Positions 1 through 14,165 of a stretch of 64,000 bases of DNA are shown here, piece by piece (positions within the stretch are counted from its first letter, which is position 1; the number at the start of each line of letters is the position of its first letter). This stretch comes from Spongospora subterranea f. sp. subterranea (taxonomy: Eukaryota). A program made the translations under genes and the position numbers. The stretch covers positions 186,001-250,000 of the forward strand of contig JAUGWO010000091.1 of the NCBI GenBank assembly GCA_049724395.1. The letters are read 5' to 3'. The notes below the pieces were generated by a model that worked only from the letters and a program-made list of their open reading frames with translations, did not search any database and was not told the origin of the DNA.

Positions 1-226
1 AAATTTACTGCCAAGAAGATGTCGGCGGCAAAATCAATATTCGACGGTGAAGTCTGTTGATTTCGAAACATGCTGACGTTCAAACGCTCAGAGAAACATC
101 TTTGTTGTAAGATGATAGTATAACAACGCAATTATATATATTATTAATACAGTACACATTTTGCTTATATGAATCTGCATCAGCTACAGAATTCGTAATA
201 CCAATATTTTTCTGAAATAGTGAAGG

Positions 227-3200
227 TTATTTTACGAGTGCGAAACCGAAGTCAGGACTGCTGTGTAACATAACGATTCGGACATCGGAAGGAACTTTGA
301 TCTCGATCAGACTTTGATCTTCTGAATTCGGTCGCCCCCATTGGTAGAGTTCCCCAGTATCTAAAAGTGCAAGGTTCTTGTCAAATCCAGCGGCTATTTT
401 CACTACTCGTTTCCCAATAAAATGGTCGATCGGCGAGGGAACTTCCGCGACTTCAATTCCTCCTACGACCGCTGGCAAACGAGCATTTTCGTTTCTCCAG
501 GAATAAACTGTGCCGCTGCCTACGGTTCCGTTAACACCATAGAACCTTATTTAACTGATCATACCTGATAGGACCAACGACGAATTGCCGCATGTACTGA
601 TGGCGACCGCTTTTTCGTTATTCGGCAGACCTACAGCCAATACTTCGGCAGAAGGCGAACTCATGTACAAGATGCGGCCAGAACTCTCTAATGCCAGAAA
701 CCTTTTCGAACCACCAGCGATGTCAACCACACCTGTTACTACAACAGGATCTTTTGCAATGCTTCTTTGAACAGGGACCGGGTTCGATGTAGACCAAGTC
801 CAGATCTGTCCCAGAGCATCCCGGGCGATATTAAGTGGGCCGAAACGGCAAACTTGAGCGGCATGGTTATTTGCCATCTCCATTGCATATGCACCAGTTG
901 TTTTGTTCCAGGACATGACATCGCCGTCGATAACCGCCAACGAGTCTACAAATAAATCTGTTAGCATATACCACATGCAACAGGGCCGTGTAGGACCAAA
1001 TACCTCCATTGGAATCAACATGGATGTCGGTAAGAGGGCATGAGTCGAACTGAACCATCAGCTGCCGGTCTTGAATACGAAGTAATTGCATGGATGCTGT
1101 CACCATTATTGAGTCTTCACCGGAAGCCAGGGCCCTTGCCATGAAACCGAAGTCATGTACGTCAGTGGGATCCCTCCATAAAATTGCCTTGAAAAATGAT
1201 TCGGAAGAAGAATCAGGCTTGTCGCAAGACTTAAATTCGGACATTAATGTAGAACTTGCTAGTTTCGTAAAGGTTTCAAGAATTTGTTGTCTTCGTTTGC
1301 GAGTTTGCTCTGGGTCCTGCACCGGTGCTAGTACAGTCTCCAACGATTCAACAATTGGCTTGGTCTCAACAGTCTTGACCTTTGTCTTTGATTTTGCCTG
1401 CTGTTCGACCTCTTTCGCCAAAGCGTTTGCTTTCTCTTGTTCAAGGGCCTTTTCTTTACGTCTCAAACAAGCAGTTTCCGAGTCGACGGCAATTTGTGAT
1501 CGTATTGACAAGAGCGGCATTGCCAGAGCTAAATTCGTTAGCTTCTTATGCACATGTTTGTACATCTCTGCATCGGGACTAGGTTTGATTTTCGACTCAG
1601 AAACCAATGTTTCTAAACGAAACCGGAATTCTTCGATATTAGGGTGTCCCAAACTCGATACTAGCTCCAATATTGAATACTGTCAAGTAAGTTAGAACAA
1701 GTTGCAGGGACTGGTAGTGGAATGCAGTACCAGAGACGCCACGTCGTAATCCCAAGCCAACGATAGCCGTATCCGCCGCGGTAGAGCCGAATACATATCA
1801 TTCGCCAAGTCGATAAACTTGGAGAATAAATCTGGAGAATACCATATACCGTGTCGACGGTTCCTTGTATAGAATTTGGCTGGACGTGTCTCAACTGGAA
1901 TTTCGGCTGAATGAACTGATTCGACAATATTCAAAATTAACGATCGCATTCGTAGTCGATGCTCTTCGCCTTGAACTGTTCTTCGATAAGATTTTGTTAA
2001 TGATATCAAGCACTGTTGAGGTGAGCGCTTAATGCCTCTTAGACGTACTGTCGGGAAACCCCCATTCGTCGGCCCAGGAAACATTGATAATGTAACCGAC
2101 TCTAGTGAAATGCCGACTTGATTTGGAACATATCTGTCCGCCACCAGTCAACTGGTGCTGAATAATTTGATGGTAAACCCTGAACTTTTTGTTACCTGAA
2201 GCAGATGGCCTTCTTCTCAGCAGGAAGCATGGTGAACTCGGTATCGCTCCACCAAAATACGCGAGTAGATTTTGATATCAAACTTTTGACGGGATCCGGT
2301 ACCGGATCGAAGCCCCATTGGCAATGAACCGCTGACGTTCCTGAATTATGGAGGTGCATTACCACATCTGCAGAGTCGTCACCAGCAGAAACATTGAACA
2401 GCATCAGAGAAGTGCTGGCCTCAACATTAACAATCAAGGGCACGACTGGCTTCTGATCTTCTACAACCGGATGAGACGTCGCGGTTTCATCTTGGATTTG
2501 TTCGACCACGTCGCTACCAGGGAGCGGAGGCCTGATACTATATTCAGGGAAGATGTGCCTAATAATCGATTCAAACTTGAAGCTGAACCGTACTCACAAA
2601 ACATAGACCTCAAATCAAACAAGTCTTGCCCAACGATTTCAAGAGCACTGGCATCCGAGATTTCGTGAGGATGAATCACAGCAATCCTTTTCCGCAATTC
2701 ATATCGCCTTTGCTGATATGCGGCAGAGGCACGCCAAGAACAGCTTGAATCGGTAGATGCTTTTTTTGATGGCCTCCGGATCGTTTCCATGATAGAGGGC
2801 TGCGAATTTTTGATTTCGCAAAAAAGACCAGAAAAAATGTTTCCAACTTGAACAAACGTTGTTGTTTCGCCACGCAAGGTCATCTTCCAGCACGAAGGCG
2901 ACGTCATTTTTTTCTCAAGGGGCGTGGCAGTATTCAAGAGTTGGAAGGCTTCCATTTTTTCCCGAAATTCATATCCCTTATCCATTGCTAACTCGTCAAC
3001 GCCTACATCAATGCGACGTGATATAATTTTTCTTGTCTTGTCCCATTGTTTGTTGGCCTTTTGCCACCTTTCCAGTATTCGACCTTCCCTAGTGGCTAAA
3101 AGTTGTTCCCCACATAGCCTATAGAGTAAAAAACGATACTTGTTTCATTTTTTTCCAGAAATTGCATTCAGACCGACATTGATGATAGGTATTGCTGTCG

Positions 3201-3581
3201 AAGATCTTCTTCCGCAGCTTTGGCGACTTCTATTTCTTTGAGATGAGCAAGATAAAGAGTTAACTGCGACACAGCGTCTTCGCGCTGTGGCCTGCCGTCC
3301 TTGTCAACAAGTAGTTCTGGATGTTGTGTCTTGTCCGGCTCGTCGCGAAACACTATGGTTTCCGGCAACGATTTAACCATAGTTAGATCTTGCGGCATAG
3401 TTACCGTTCCTCCCCTCTCTCCATGTAACTTCAACGTCTGTCCAGGTCGAATTCGCCTGGCTACCAGCACTTTCTTCGCTGATTCACCGCGGCTAGCAGG
3501 TTTCGCAGGAACGGCAACACGATGACGACGCACCAGTACTCTCCGTACTGATTTGGCTTTAGGCTCTCCCACCGCTTGCAT
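227..3581 (-). CDS. MYCBP-associated protein (MYCBPAP/AAT-1)-like protein with C-terminal RCC1-like repeats; about 7 exons
   Basis: ORF pieces 3168-3581, 2461-2985, 2192-2509, 1692-2144, 867-1670, 551-1021 and 227-478 join through short GT-AG introns; five junctions checked by hand are in frame. MYCBPAP-like motifs: REGRILERWQ..KQW, CWKMTLR..VGNIFSGLF, NSGTSAVHCQW, MLPAEKKAICFRY..GISLE..VRLRG. The C-terminus has RCC1-like repeats (VVDIAGG..LAL..SG; VVKIAAG..LALLDTGELYQWG). Confidence 0.7.
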
Positions 3582-4207
3582 TGATCAGTAGCGACAGGTC
3601 AACCGAAAGTCGTTGATCTCATTCTTCAATAATTGATTATCACAAATGAAATATTCGAGGTACAATAATATGATCAAGTGACAATCCCTACCGTTACATG
3701 ACTGGGTTTCCCACGTTAATTTCACGATACCAATGGGAGGATTAGTTTATGAAAACGATGAAACCTGATTGACTGGCAACGCGATAACAGAAGATATGAC
3801 ACCGACTGTACCAATGGTTGGCAATCGCCAAAGGAACCTTTGGTTTGAATTGTGTTTGCGATATTGGTGTTAACAATGCTTCCAGAGGTTTATCACTACT
3901 GGCTCTGATGGATACCATAGGGATTTGTCATTCTATGCTTGATCATGCCAAATAATGCAGCACAGTTTGTTGCATGTTGTTTTTTCAACGGCGCGTATGT
4001 CGTTGTTGTCGCAAGCACGACTGGGATTTTTAATTTTTTGACAGAGTTGCTCTGCGTACGGATGCAGAAAACTTTGTCGAACTGTACAGACGTCACCGCA
4101 AATTCCGTAACGGAGTTTGACGGGGTTTCTGACTGATTCATACAAGGGCATTCGTTCCAGGTTTCAAGACGAGTTTCTGTCGTGGCCTGGTCCAGCTTCG
4201 AGCTGCG

Positions 4208-5591
<1,384 letters not shown>

Positions 5592-5653
5592 ATTATTAAA
5601 TTACTGTCGAAATCACGTCTGTAAGGTATTTCTGATGTGAAAGTAATTGAAAT

Positions 5654-7008
5654 TTATACGGAAGGTTGGATGGCACTTTTCAAGCGTTGCTGTAATTCCT
5701 CAATGCCAGATAGAGTTATCACGAGCTTCTTGCGTTTTAAAATATCATAGACGTTAGCATTTTTCGTGTCCATCAAATGCAGATCGGGAAGGTTCTGTAT
5801 GGCCAATGTCGCGTTCCGATCCATCTACAGTTTTCATTTCGTAACAACGACAACATCCTAACGCTCAGGGACGTTACCTGGTTCCCATCAATGATTAAAG
5901 CATTGTAGAGATCGAATCGAGACTGGCACTCTCTAACACCCTTGGTCTTATGCGATTCGAGTTCTGAAACAATATTAAAGAATAGTTGAGATTCGCCTGG
6001 TGCAAACTCTTATTACTGGCTTCATCAATAACGATAAGATTTCCCTCCTGATATCGAGTCGAAAGGGCAATTTTAAGGGCTAATTGACGCACCTGAAATT
6101 GAATTAATGACATAAACAAGAATTTAGACGTCTTGATGAAGTTTACCTTCTTATTGAGGTCGAACGAGAAATCTCGTGGTACTTTGGCGTGAACGTGACC
6201 ACCACCACGATGTACGGGACTCCGAGTTGATCCTTGGCGAGCTCGTCCTGTACCTTTTTGAGCAAAAGGTTTTTTTCCTCCACCTCGAACCTAGGAACAA
6301 TTGCACAACGGCGTTTAACTCATCTGGAATAGCGATTTTGAAGGTTGCATGGTCGTACCTCTCCGCGGCCTTTAGTTTTGGAAGTTGACCAACCACGTTT
6401 GGCGGCAAGTTGCCAGCGTACCCTGCCAGCAATGAGCGATACATAAAAAATGGAGTAGATAAATGCTGATACATTCGCTGGAGAATATCACGACGAGGAG
6501 CGCGACCGAATAAATCCGATGGAAGCTTTACAATCGTCTTGGGCTTGTCCGCATTCAAACTAAACACCCAGGCTTCACATTCAGGAAGCGCTGAAACATA
6601 TACACTGATGAGGAATCTCAAAGGACCACAGAAACCAGTTCATTGAAGCAGCATATTCATGAAAACTTGCTCAAAAATAACGTCTTGGATATAGTATTAA
6701 ACAGAGAGTACAGCCTTTGAAATCAATGCCAATTTCATGAAAACCATCAAAATGGAATTAGAGGCCTCGTAGAAGACTGATATAACAGGAAATGCAGATT
6801 CATCGAGGAAACAGCGTTCATACATTCAAAACAGTTGTAAACGATGCACAAACAAAAAGAGTCAACTGAAGATTTTAGGCTCAAACACACGCAACCAATA
6901 CGAACCTTCAGGTTGCGCTTTTTTGATACTAGCGAAAGTTGCCAGGCATCGACTCCCGCCAGCGCAACCAAAGGCCCGTCCGGGTAACCACATTCCCAGG
7001 CCAATCAT
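5654..7008 (-). CDS. MRPL4: Mitochondrial large ribosomal subunit protein uL4m (multi-exon; 5' exon tentative)
   Basis: [69 protein letters not shown] is the bacterial-type L4 signature. The putative first exon looks like a transit peptide. Confidence 0.9.
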
Positions 7009-7416
7009 ATCTTCGCTGGATGACAAATACCCGCCGCAGTGCACATGATGACGGTGAGTTGTTGGCCAGGGCGCGGCCTTCATCATGACATGTCCTTGCC
7101 CTGACCACGGGGCTCCTGCAGAGTCCATCCAGCTCAGGTTCATCCCTGTTTATAGCCAAAGATCTGTCAGCCCATCACCGAATTTTCAGGGTGTATGTAT
7201 ATCTTTCAGGTCGTTTCTTTTATTTGCCTCGTGCAGATCTGCTCCCTGCTCCTTAAATGCAACAATGGATTATACTGTGCCGAAAACTGAAATTGTGGGC
7301 ATTATCAAGTTCTCAAAAGTGCGACTTAACTCGCTTCGTCCTGTTTGACGCTATACACGGTTTTGAAACCTTCAAATCTCAGTTTCTTAAGGATTGCTTA
7401 AAAAAACATCTCTGGT

Positions 7417-9114
7417 TTAATAAGGTCTTCTTGTTGACCGCTTCTTGCCATAATGTGGAGCGTGATACATTCGTGATGGGGGAGCCACCTCTTCTTCCTC
7501 TTCATCATCCTCAATATCGTCTGCGTCACCATATAACGATGGCATATGTTCCGGTTTCAAATCCTCAACACGGCGCCGTCGTGGTACTTTACTCCTAATC
7601 GGAGCCAGTGTAGTATTAGGGGATCCTCTCATAGGACCGGATGCCGTCTCGGCCGGGTCTTCTTCCTCGTCGCAAGCATCGTCTTCTTCTTCCACTATTA
7701 CTCTCCTCGCCTTACTTGCTCTCTTGGGTTTCCTTCTGTATGTTATAGGCTCTTCCTCTAATTCTTCGCTGCAGCTATCGTCCTCTTCTTCAGCTGGTGG
7801 CTGGCGAACACGTCTAGGTAAAGGAATCACCGCTGGACGAGAAAGCGATGTCCTCGGAAGTGGTGGGATTACTGAGTAATCTCGATTGACCTGATCAGGC
7901 GATGAATGACCGGGCATTGATGCCATAGGATAAGGGATCGACGTTGCGTTAGTCGCGTTATTCTCAGGGCGCGCTTGTACAGGAGCAGGTGCCACTGATC
8001 CAGCCTTCATCTCCTCTTGCTTTACAACTCCCTTTGGCGGGGTTCTATCAGGATTGGTCGTATTATGGATGGGGGCAACCTTAGGAAATTCGACATCGAT
8101 ATCTTTGGGAGTTGACGTCGCCGACGCAGGAGTGTAACTGACGTGGGAGACATTGGCGGTGGATTTAGGGATAGCAGCCGGTGCCGGTCGAATGGCAGAT
8201 GGGGTTAGATTATTTGATGGCAAGCTTGTCAGTGGCGACATTGTAGCTTGAAGCGCCTTGGGATAAGACGTGGGGGCCTTTGGCAACATTGCAGCTGCTG
8301 GAGTGGCCACTGGTGTTTTCGGCACTGCTGGAGTTGGCCCCGTCGACGCCTTTTGTCCCGTTGGCGATGCCGACATGGGATTCGCTGGCGCCTTGGGAAC
8401 CACAGGAACTGGGGTGGCCATTGGAGTTGCTGGCATTTTTGGCGCTGCTGGAGTGACCATCGGTGGCGTTGGCGCTTTTGGAACTGGTGTATACGTTCCC
8501 GCTGGTGGGGCTGTTACCTTAGGAGCCATTGGATCAGACGTTGGTGTCGCTGGTATCTTCGAAGAACTAGCTGCTGCAGCTGGATACTGTGGAGCGTGAT
8601 TTGTGGGGAGTTGTTGAACCGATGGCGATGGTGTATAAGAAGGTGTTGGTGTCTGAGGGATGGTCGCTGGAGGATTGGCCGGCGTGACCTGTGGTTTTGG
8701 AGCCATAGGCGTGGGCGTTGGTACCTGAGTTGTCCCAACTTTTGGCGCTGGAGTAATGGTCGGCGACGCCTTGGGTGCTGGAGGTACCCGAGTTTGTGCC
8801 AGAGGAGCCACCGGAACTCCATCAACCGCAACAGATACGACGGGGGGATTTGACAATGGCGCCTTCACTGCCTGTTTCATGGGTGGGGCTTTGGTCATTG
8901 GAGGAGCGGCAGTGAATAGAGGGGTTGGAGGAGGCGTCATTAGGACGATTGGGTTGGTAGGGATAGGCAAAGGAGTCGGAGGCTGCGTCATGGTCGGTTC
9001 TGGAGTCTCTTGTCCGTCAAAGTCCTCAGCCGGCTCAATTTGAATCGTGACCTCCTGGGCGTGAACGACCATCAATAATATTGATAGACCTAAGATGATT
9101 TTCGGCCATTGCAT
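7417..9114 (-). CDS. Secreted Pro/Thr/Ala-rich mucin-like protein with acidic/basic C-terminus, intronless, 565 aa
   Basis: Long open frame. N-terminal signal peptide MQWPKIILGLSILLMVVHA|QE, extended PT/PK/PA low-complexity tract, and C-terminal EEEDD tracts with basic clusters (RRKPKRASKARR). Confidence 0.85.
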   Translation of the reverse strand: MQWPKIILGLSILLMVVHAQEVTIQIEPAEDFDGQETPEPTMTQPPTPLPIPTNPIVLMTPPPTPLFTAAPPMTKAPPMKQAVKAPLSNPPVVSVAVDGVPVAPLAQTRVPPAPKASPTITPAPKVGTTQVPTPTPMAPKPQVTPANPPATIPQTPTPSYTPSPSVQQLPTNHAPQYPAAAASSSKIPATPTSDPMAPKVTAPPAGTYTPVPKAPTPPMVTPAAPKMPATPMATPVPVVPKAPANPMSASPTGQKASTGPTPAVPKTPVATPAAAMLPKAPTSYPKALQATMSPLTSLPSNNLTPSAIRPAPAAIPKSTANVSHVSYTPASATSTPKDIDVEFPKVAPIHNTTNPDRTPPKGVVKQEEMKAGSVAPAPVQARPENNATNATSIPYPMASMPGHSSPDQVNRDYSVIPPLPRTSLSRPAVIPLPRRVRQPPAEEEDDSCSEELEEEPITYRRKPKRASKARRVIVEEEDDACDEEEDPAETASGPMRGSPNTTLAPIRSKVPRRRRVEDLKPEHMPSLYGDADDIEDDEEEEEVAPPSRMYHAPHYGKKRSTRRPY

Positions 9115-9216
9115 TGGAAATTCGTAATATATTAGCTACAGAAATATATATGTCTGATTAATTTTCTAAAGATCACTTGACTCATCCTTAACATGCTTAA
9201 GGTTGACTCAAGATAT

Positions 9217-10505
9217 TTACACCATATTCGATAAAAGTTTTCTGTGTCGGTGAGATAAACGCTCCTCCGATGGCTGGACGGACGACGGCGACATGGCGGC
9301 CAATGCGGCTTGTCCACGAGCGTAATCGTCCCATTCATCACTTTCCGTGACGTCGGATTCCTTTAAGGGAGTTATGAGCAAGTACCGGTTGTCGGGCTGC
9401 TTCTCCAAAATCAAAATTTCACAATTTTCTAGATTTTGCATTCTCTGAGACTCAAAACTGAGAAACCATTCTACGATGCGGCGATAGGCGGTTACCTGGA
9501 ATTTTTCAAATGGCCAGTGCAAAAACCGCATTAGGAACAAACGACACTACGATACCCGTTATTGAGTTGAACATTCACAACTGGGATTTCTTACCGTTAT
9601 GCCATGGGAAACGAGGACAATATTTCGCGTAGGGTGCGACGAAAAATCACGACTAAACAAACATTTTAGACTAAATTTCTGCAAAGAATGACGGACGAAC
9701 AATAGAGATTCCAAGAAGTTCGACACTCTATCGAAAACATCTGCACCTGTACAATTGTTGAATTATCCTCACAATAGACTCGCCAAGAGCATACCAGATT
9801 CGCCAGCTGGTATTCCTATTTAATCATTGAATCAGCACAAGTCAAGGGTAAGAATAAACGGCGACCTACTATAGAAAAAATGGCCAAAACGTTTTCTGAG
9901 GAGCCTGAGCGTGTAGTTTGAATTAATTCATTGCGAATAGGAAAGCGAGAACTCTACCGGCATTCATTGACGAGTTGAAAATCTTGGAAATTTCCCTGCG
10001 CAAAATTGCGTCGATGAACGGATTGAAATTGTGGACACGCTGTATTTACCCAGTCTTGTTCACGAAGGCGTGGCTCATCGCGCCACGTGATTTTATCCTT
10101 GTCGAAGCTTTGCGATATAATCTGGAAAGTCTGGCGTGTGCGCTGGTAGGGGCTGACCCAAAATCGAGCATGTTCATTGCCAATCATCTGCCGAAGCTTC
10201 GCTCCAGCCTCAGCCGATTGCTTTTGGCCGTTCTCCTAGAAACACAACCATGAGCGGATCAACAATTAACAACACAACATTCAAAGCACCGATAAAGGAA
10301 TCGCGTGATCTGGAATAAAAGTGAACAGTTTCCTGTCAACATTTCCCTCGCTCTCTCCATGTCTGAGGAGATAGATTCGATATGGTTTTTTTTTCTCAAT
10401 ACTGTTGCTTCTAATTTTCCATGCGCACCATAGGTTGACGCAGAATCCTGCCACGAGCAGCGTCGGAATTAATGCATTGTCCTCAGTAATACCGAATAAC
10501 CCCAT
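9217..10505 (-). CDS. Histidine phosphatase / phosphoglycerate mutase family protein with N-terminal hydrophobic anchor (multi-exon)
   Basis: Motifs RIYLLRHGESEGN..PDHAIPLS, VSPYQRTRQT, DEPRLREQDW-GNFQ, AGESGADVFDRVSNFL, LVSHG and MRFLHW..F..NLENCE. Confidence 0.9.
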
Positions 10506-10799
10506 TTCAGACAAATGTGCCCAAGAGAATTTCGTGTTCAATTCTTTAGCAGCAAACAGTCAGTGGCGTTTGCCATTTACCCGGTCACACTCACAGGGTA
10601 CTTTGAGTGACTGGACTCTGACTGGTTTAAAAGCGATACCCACAGTAGTTGCGGATTGCCGCAGCACTTAGCACGGTCACGTTACTGTCACGTTGTTACA
10701 GCTTCCTACTGTGTAGCACTTCAACGCCACGATGAATTTAACAGTTGACAGACCGGTGTCATGCGTTATTGATACGTTTGACCAGTACTAGTCCAGTTT

Positions 10800-12610
10800 G
10801 TTTGTAATTGACCGTGACCTAAAGCGGCTTCGGAATTCAAGGCCATACCGTTGGGTAAATCCCCTGGCAACGAATCTCGCCTCAAATGTGGGATGACCGT
10901 TGTCCATCATTTTGGTAAAAACCCATTTTTCCTCGTATTGGCTTGAGTCCTTCGGGAATAGAGTCTACTACAGTGTCCATGTACCATTGTCCGAGTGCGC
11001 TTTCATCTTTGTGGCAGCGGCTTGCATCCAAAAGGCTGAATCTGGGCAATGCAAAGCGTCTTTGTAGGTATTGGGAAACATCCTATTGTGTTGTGGCATA
11101 ATTGCTGTACTGTTCGTTACTGAGCGTCAATGGACCCTGATCGTCAGTGGGTTCAGGTGGGCGCTGTCGCGGTAAAGATGATTCGTCAAACGTCATGTCG
11201 CGACAAACAAACATTTGTTTATCGTTATCGCGCATCACCCTTTGGAGTATTGGGAATATCCAACAAACATATCTGGTTCCGCAGTGGGATCGAGAGAGGT
11301 TTTCAATGATGAAGAATATGCGACGCATCTGAAGGTTCGCATATGTCGCACATCCGGTTTGATGTCGCACCATAGTTCATGAGGTGCCCTCCATTGGATC
11401 AATTTTGTTGGTAATCTGTTCTGTGTATAAACAGCATAGCACACGGCGAATATCCAGAATTCTGGTCGGAGACCGGCATCAAATAGGATCGTTCTCGCCA
11501 TGGTTATTATCGTCAGGTTTCGTCGTTCTGCTGTTCCGTTTTGTTGAGGGCTGTACGGTGCAGTACGCTGGCGTTTGATTCCTTAGTAGAAAATCACTAA
11601 CCGTCTTGTTGACGTATTCTCCTCCGTTGTCTGTTAACAGTATGCTCAAGCGTTCTTTGGTTCCTGACTTCCATCGACTAGGAATCGTTCAATAATTTTC
11701 TTGACTTCTTCGGGTGATTTGGATTGTTACCCAGCACCATTTCGAATAAAGGCAGTTGTATGTGATTATATTACTGTTATCCTTGACTCGTCGTTAGTAA
11801 GGATCCTTCAAATCAGACCTCAATATTTCGAATTTTCTTGTCGGTTTGGTTGTTCGTTCGTGTGGAAATGGCTGGCGTCGGGCCTAAAGTGCAACCACTA
11901 CATGGTGGTCGTTCGTCAATCAGTATATCTATGCCATCGCAGTGTTCGGGTAGTTTTCTCAATCTCTCGTCGCGTGTCCAAATTCTCTTGTGCACGTTTT
12001 GTAAGTTGATTTTCGCTCCCGATGTTGTTGAATGTGCTTCATATTCTTTGATTGGCTTCAAGTAGTAGCACTTCCCGTTAAAACGTGGAGATTCTGTTTG
12101 ATACTTATCTGGTACCCTTGGGTAGTTAGAGAGTTTGTGGCGAGCAAAGTTTCCATAATCTTTGGAACATGGACAGCGTCCGGTATTTGATATCGGTGGA
12201 GATCTCAACAACGTCAGCGTTCCTTTGCCTATTGCATGAAGGGTTCCACCATTACTTGCGGTAACTGGGGATGGCTTCTTTAATGTTTGATATTTGGTGA
12301 GAAGATGTTTGTCCAGGGTCATGCTACCATTTGCAACGCTGTCAACGATCATTGTGGTTTTTGTAATTCTGGGTGAGCAAACCAACACTGATCGATTTCG
12401 TGGTTTGTTATCTTGCATTTCGCACATGGTTTGTTTTTCTTTGGTTGTCCTTCCATCTTTTTGCCTCGATGTTTAGGATTTTATGTCTCAATCGTGATTC
12501 TCGTCGGCTGTTTCGTATCAATTCATCGATGAGTTGTTGTTCACTAGACAGTAGTAGGTTTGTCAGCCGGGGAATCGTTGTCACTTGGGCTGTTCTGCCG
12601 GCCGCCATGA
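10800..12610 (-). mobile_element. Degenerate Ty1/copia fragment (gag end, protease, integrase, start of RT)
   Basis: Gag end AAGRTAQVTTIPRLTNLLL; protease-like MIVDSVANGSM; integrase LTDNGGEYVN, QNGTAER and MARTILFDAGL..FWIFAV..AVYTQNRLPT; RT start ..RGKMGF. Many frameshifts and stops. Confidence 0.85.
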
Positions 12611-12619
12611 TCTGCCTGT

Positions 12620-14165
12620 ATGGTTCCGGTAATGATCGTTGACAGCGTTACAAATGGTAGCATGACCCAGGACAAACATCTTCTCACCAAATATCAAACA
12701 TCGAAGAGGCCATTCCCAGTTACCGCAAGTAATGGTGGAACCCTTCATGCAATAGGCAAAGGGACGCTGACGTTGTCGAGATCTCCATCAATATCAAATA
12801 CCGGACGTTGTCCATGTTCCAAAGCTTACGCGCCACAAACTCTCTAACTACTCAAGGGTATCAGATAAGTGTCAAACAGAATCTCCACGTTTTAACGGGA
12901 AGTGGGGAAATCGTACTGACTGCTTACAACCACAAGGCCTCTACTACTTGAAGCCAATCACAGAATATGAAGCACATTCAACAACATCGAGAGCGAAAAT
13001 CCATCAACTTACAAAATGCGCACAAGAGGTTTGGACACGCTTGCGATGAGAGATTGAAAAACTTACCCGAACATCGTGATGGCATAGACGTACTGATTGA
13101 CGAACGACCGCCATGTAGTGGTTTTGCTTTAGGCCAAGCCCGACGACACACGAACAGTACAGCAATTACCACACAACACAATCGGATGTTCCCAATCCCT
13201 ATAAACACGCTTTGCATTGCCCCGATTCAGCCTTTTAGAAGCAATCCGCTACCACAGAGATGAAAGCACACTCAGACAATGGTACATGGATACTATTAGA
13301 CTCTATTCCCGAAGGACACAGGCCAATACGAGGAAAAATGGTGTTTTACCAAAAATATGGACAACAATCCATCCGCATTTAAGTTGGAATTCGTTGCCAG
13401 GGGCTTTAACTAACGGTATGGCCTTGATTATACCGACTCATTCGTGTTAACTTACACATTTATGCGATTCATCGTGAGCCTTGCATCGAAACGCCAATGG
13501 CCACTATCACACAGGGACCTTCGAACGGCGTATTTAAACGCACAACGGCTGGAACCCATTTACATGACCCAGCCAGAGGGATTCGTTCATCCAGGGGCAG
13601 AGAACAAAGTTTGCATTTCTGAACAAAGCCCTATATGGATTTGAACAAGCAAGCCGTGCATGGCAAACAACCCTGTTTAAGACACTGAAAGACAGTCACT
13701 TACAACAGACCGCTTACGAGCCTGGTATATGGTATCGTACATCGGGACAATTGGTCACCATTTAGGAATTTATGTTGATGATTTACTGTTCACCGGAGAT
13801 GATAAAGTAAGATCGCAGAAAACAATCAAATTGTATATTCAACATACAGAATAAAGGACCTCGGAGAAGTAAAACCTTGGGAATCGAAATCCTACACCAA
13901 GACGCCAACTCAATCATAACTCAACGTACATACATCCAACAGCTCCTAGCACGCTTGCAAACCCAACTCATACCAGCGACAGGTTGTAAGATTACAGACG
14001 ACAACATCGTGCGAACACCTATCCCATTAGAAAAGCTTTAGGAGCACATGTTCGCGACACGACCAGATTTAGCTTACATCGTTAACAACCTGAGTCGATC
14101 CGTGTCGAAACCAACAACACAAGTCTGGAGGAACGTCCAACGTATATTTAAGAACTGAAGGAGCG
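12620..14165 (+). mobile_element. Degenerate Ty1/copia fragment, integrase deleted (protease, GAG-pre-integrase, RT); inverted relative to its left neighbour
   Basis: MIVDSVTNGSM; HKRFGHA..C; RT motifs DLRTAYLNA..IYMTQPEGF, KALYG and GIYVDDLL; TRPDLAY. Nucleotides 12632-12900 are a close reverse complement of ~12080-12353. Confidence 0.85.

Noticed and set aside
8248..9043. Plus-strand Gly- and Trp/Arg-rich ORFs
   Set aside because: These are antisense shadows of the Pro/Thr-rich gene.
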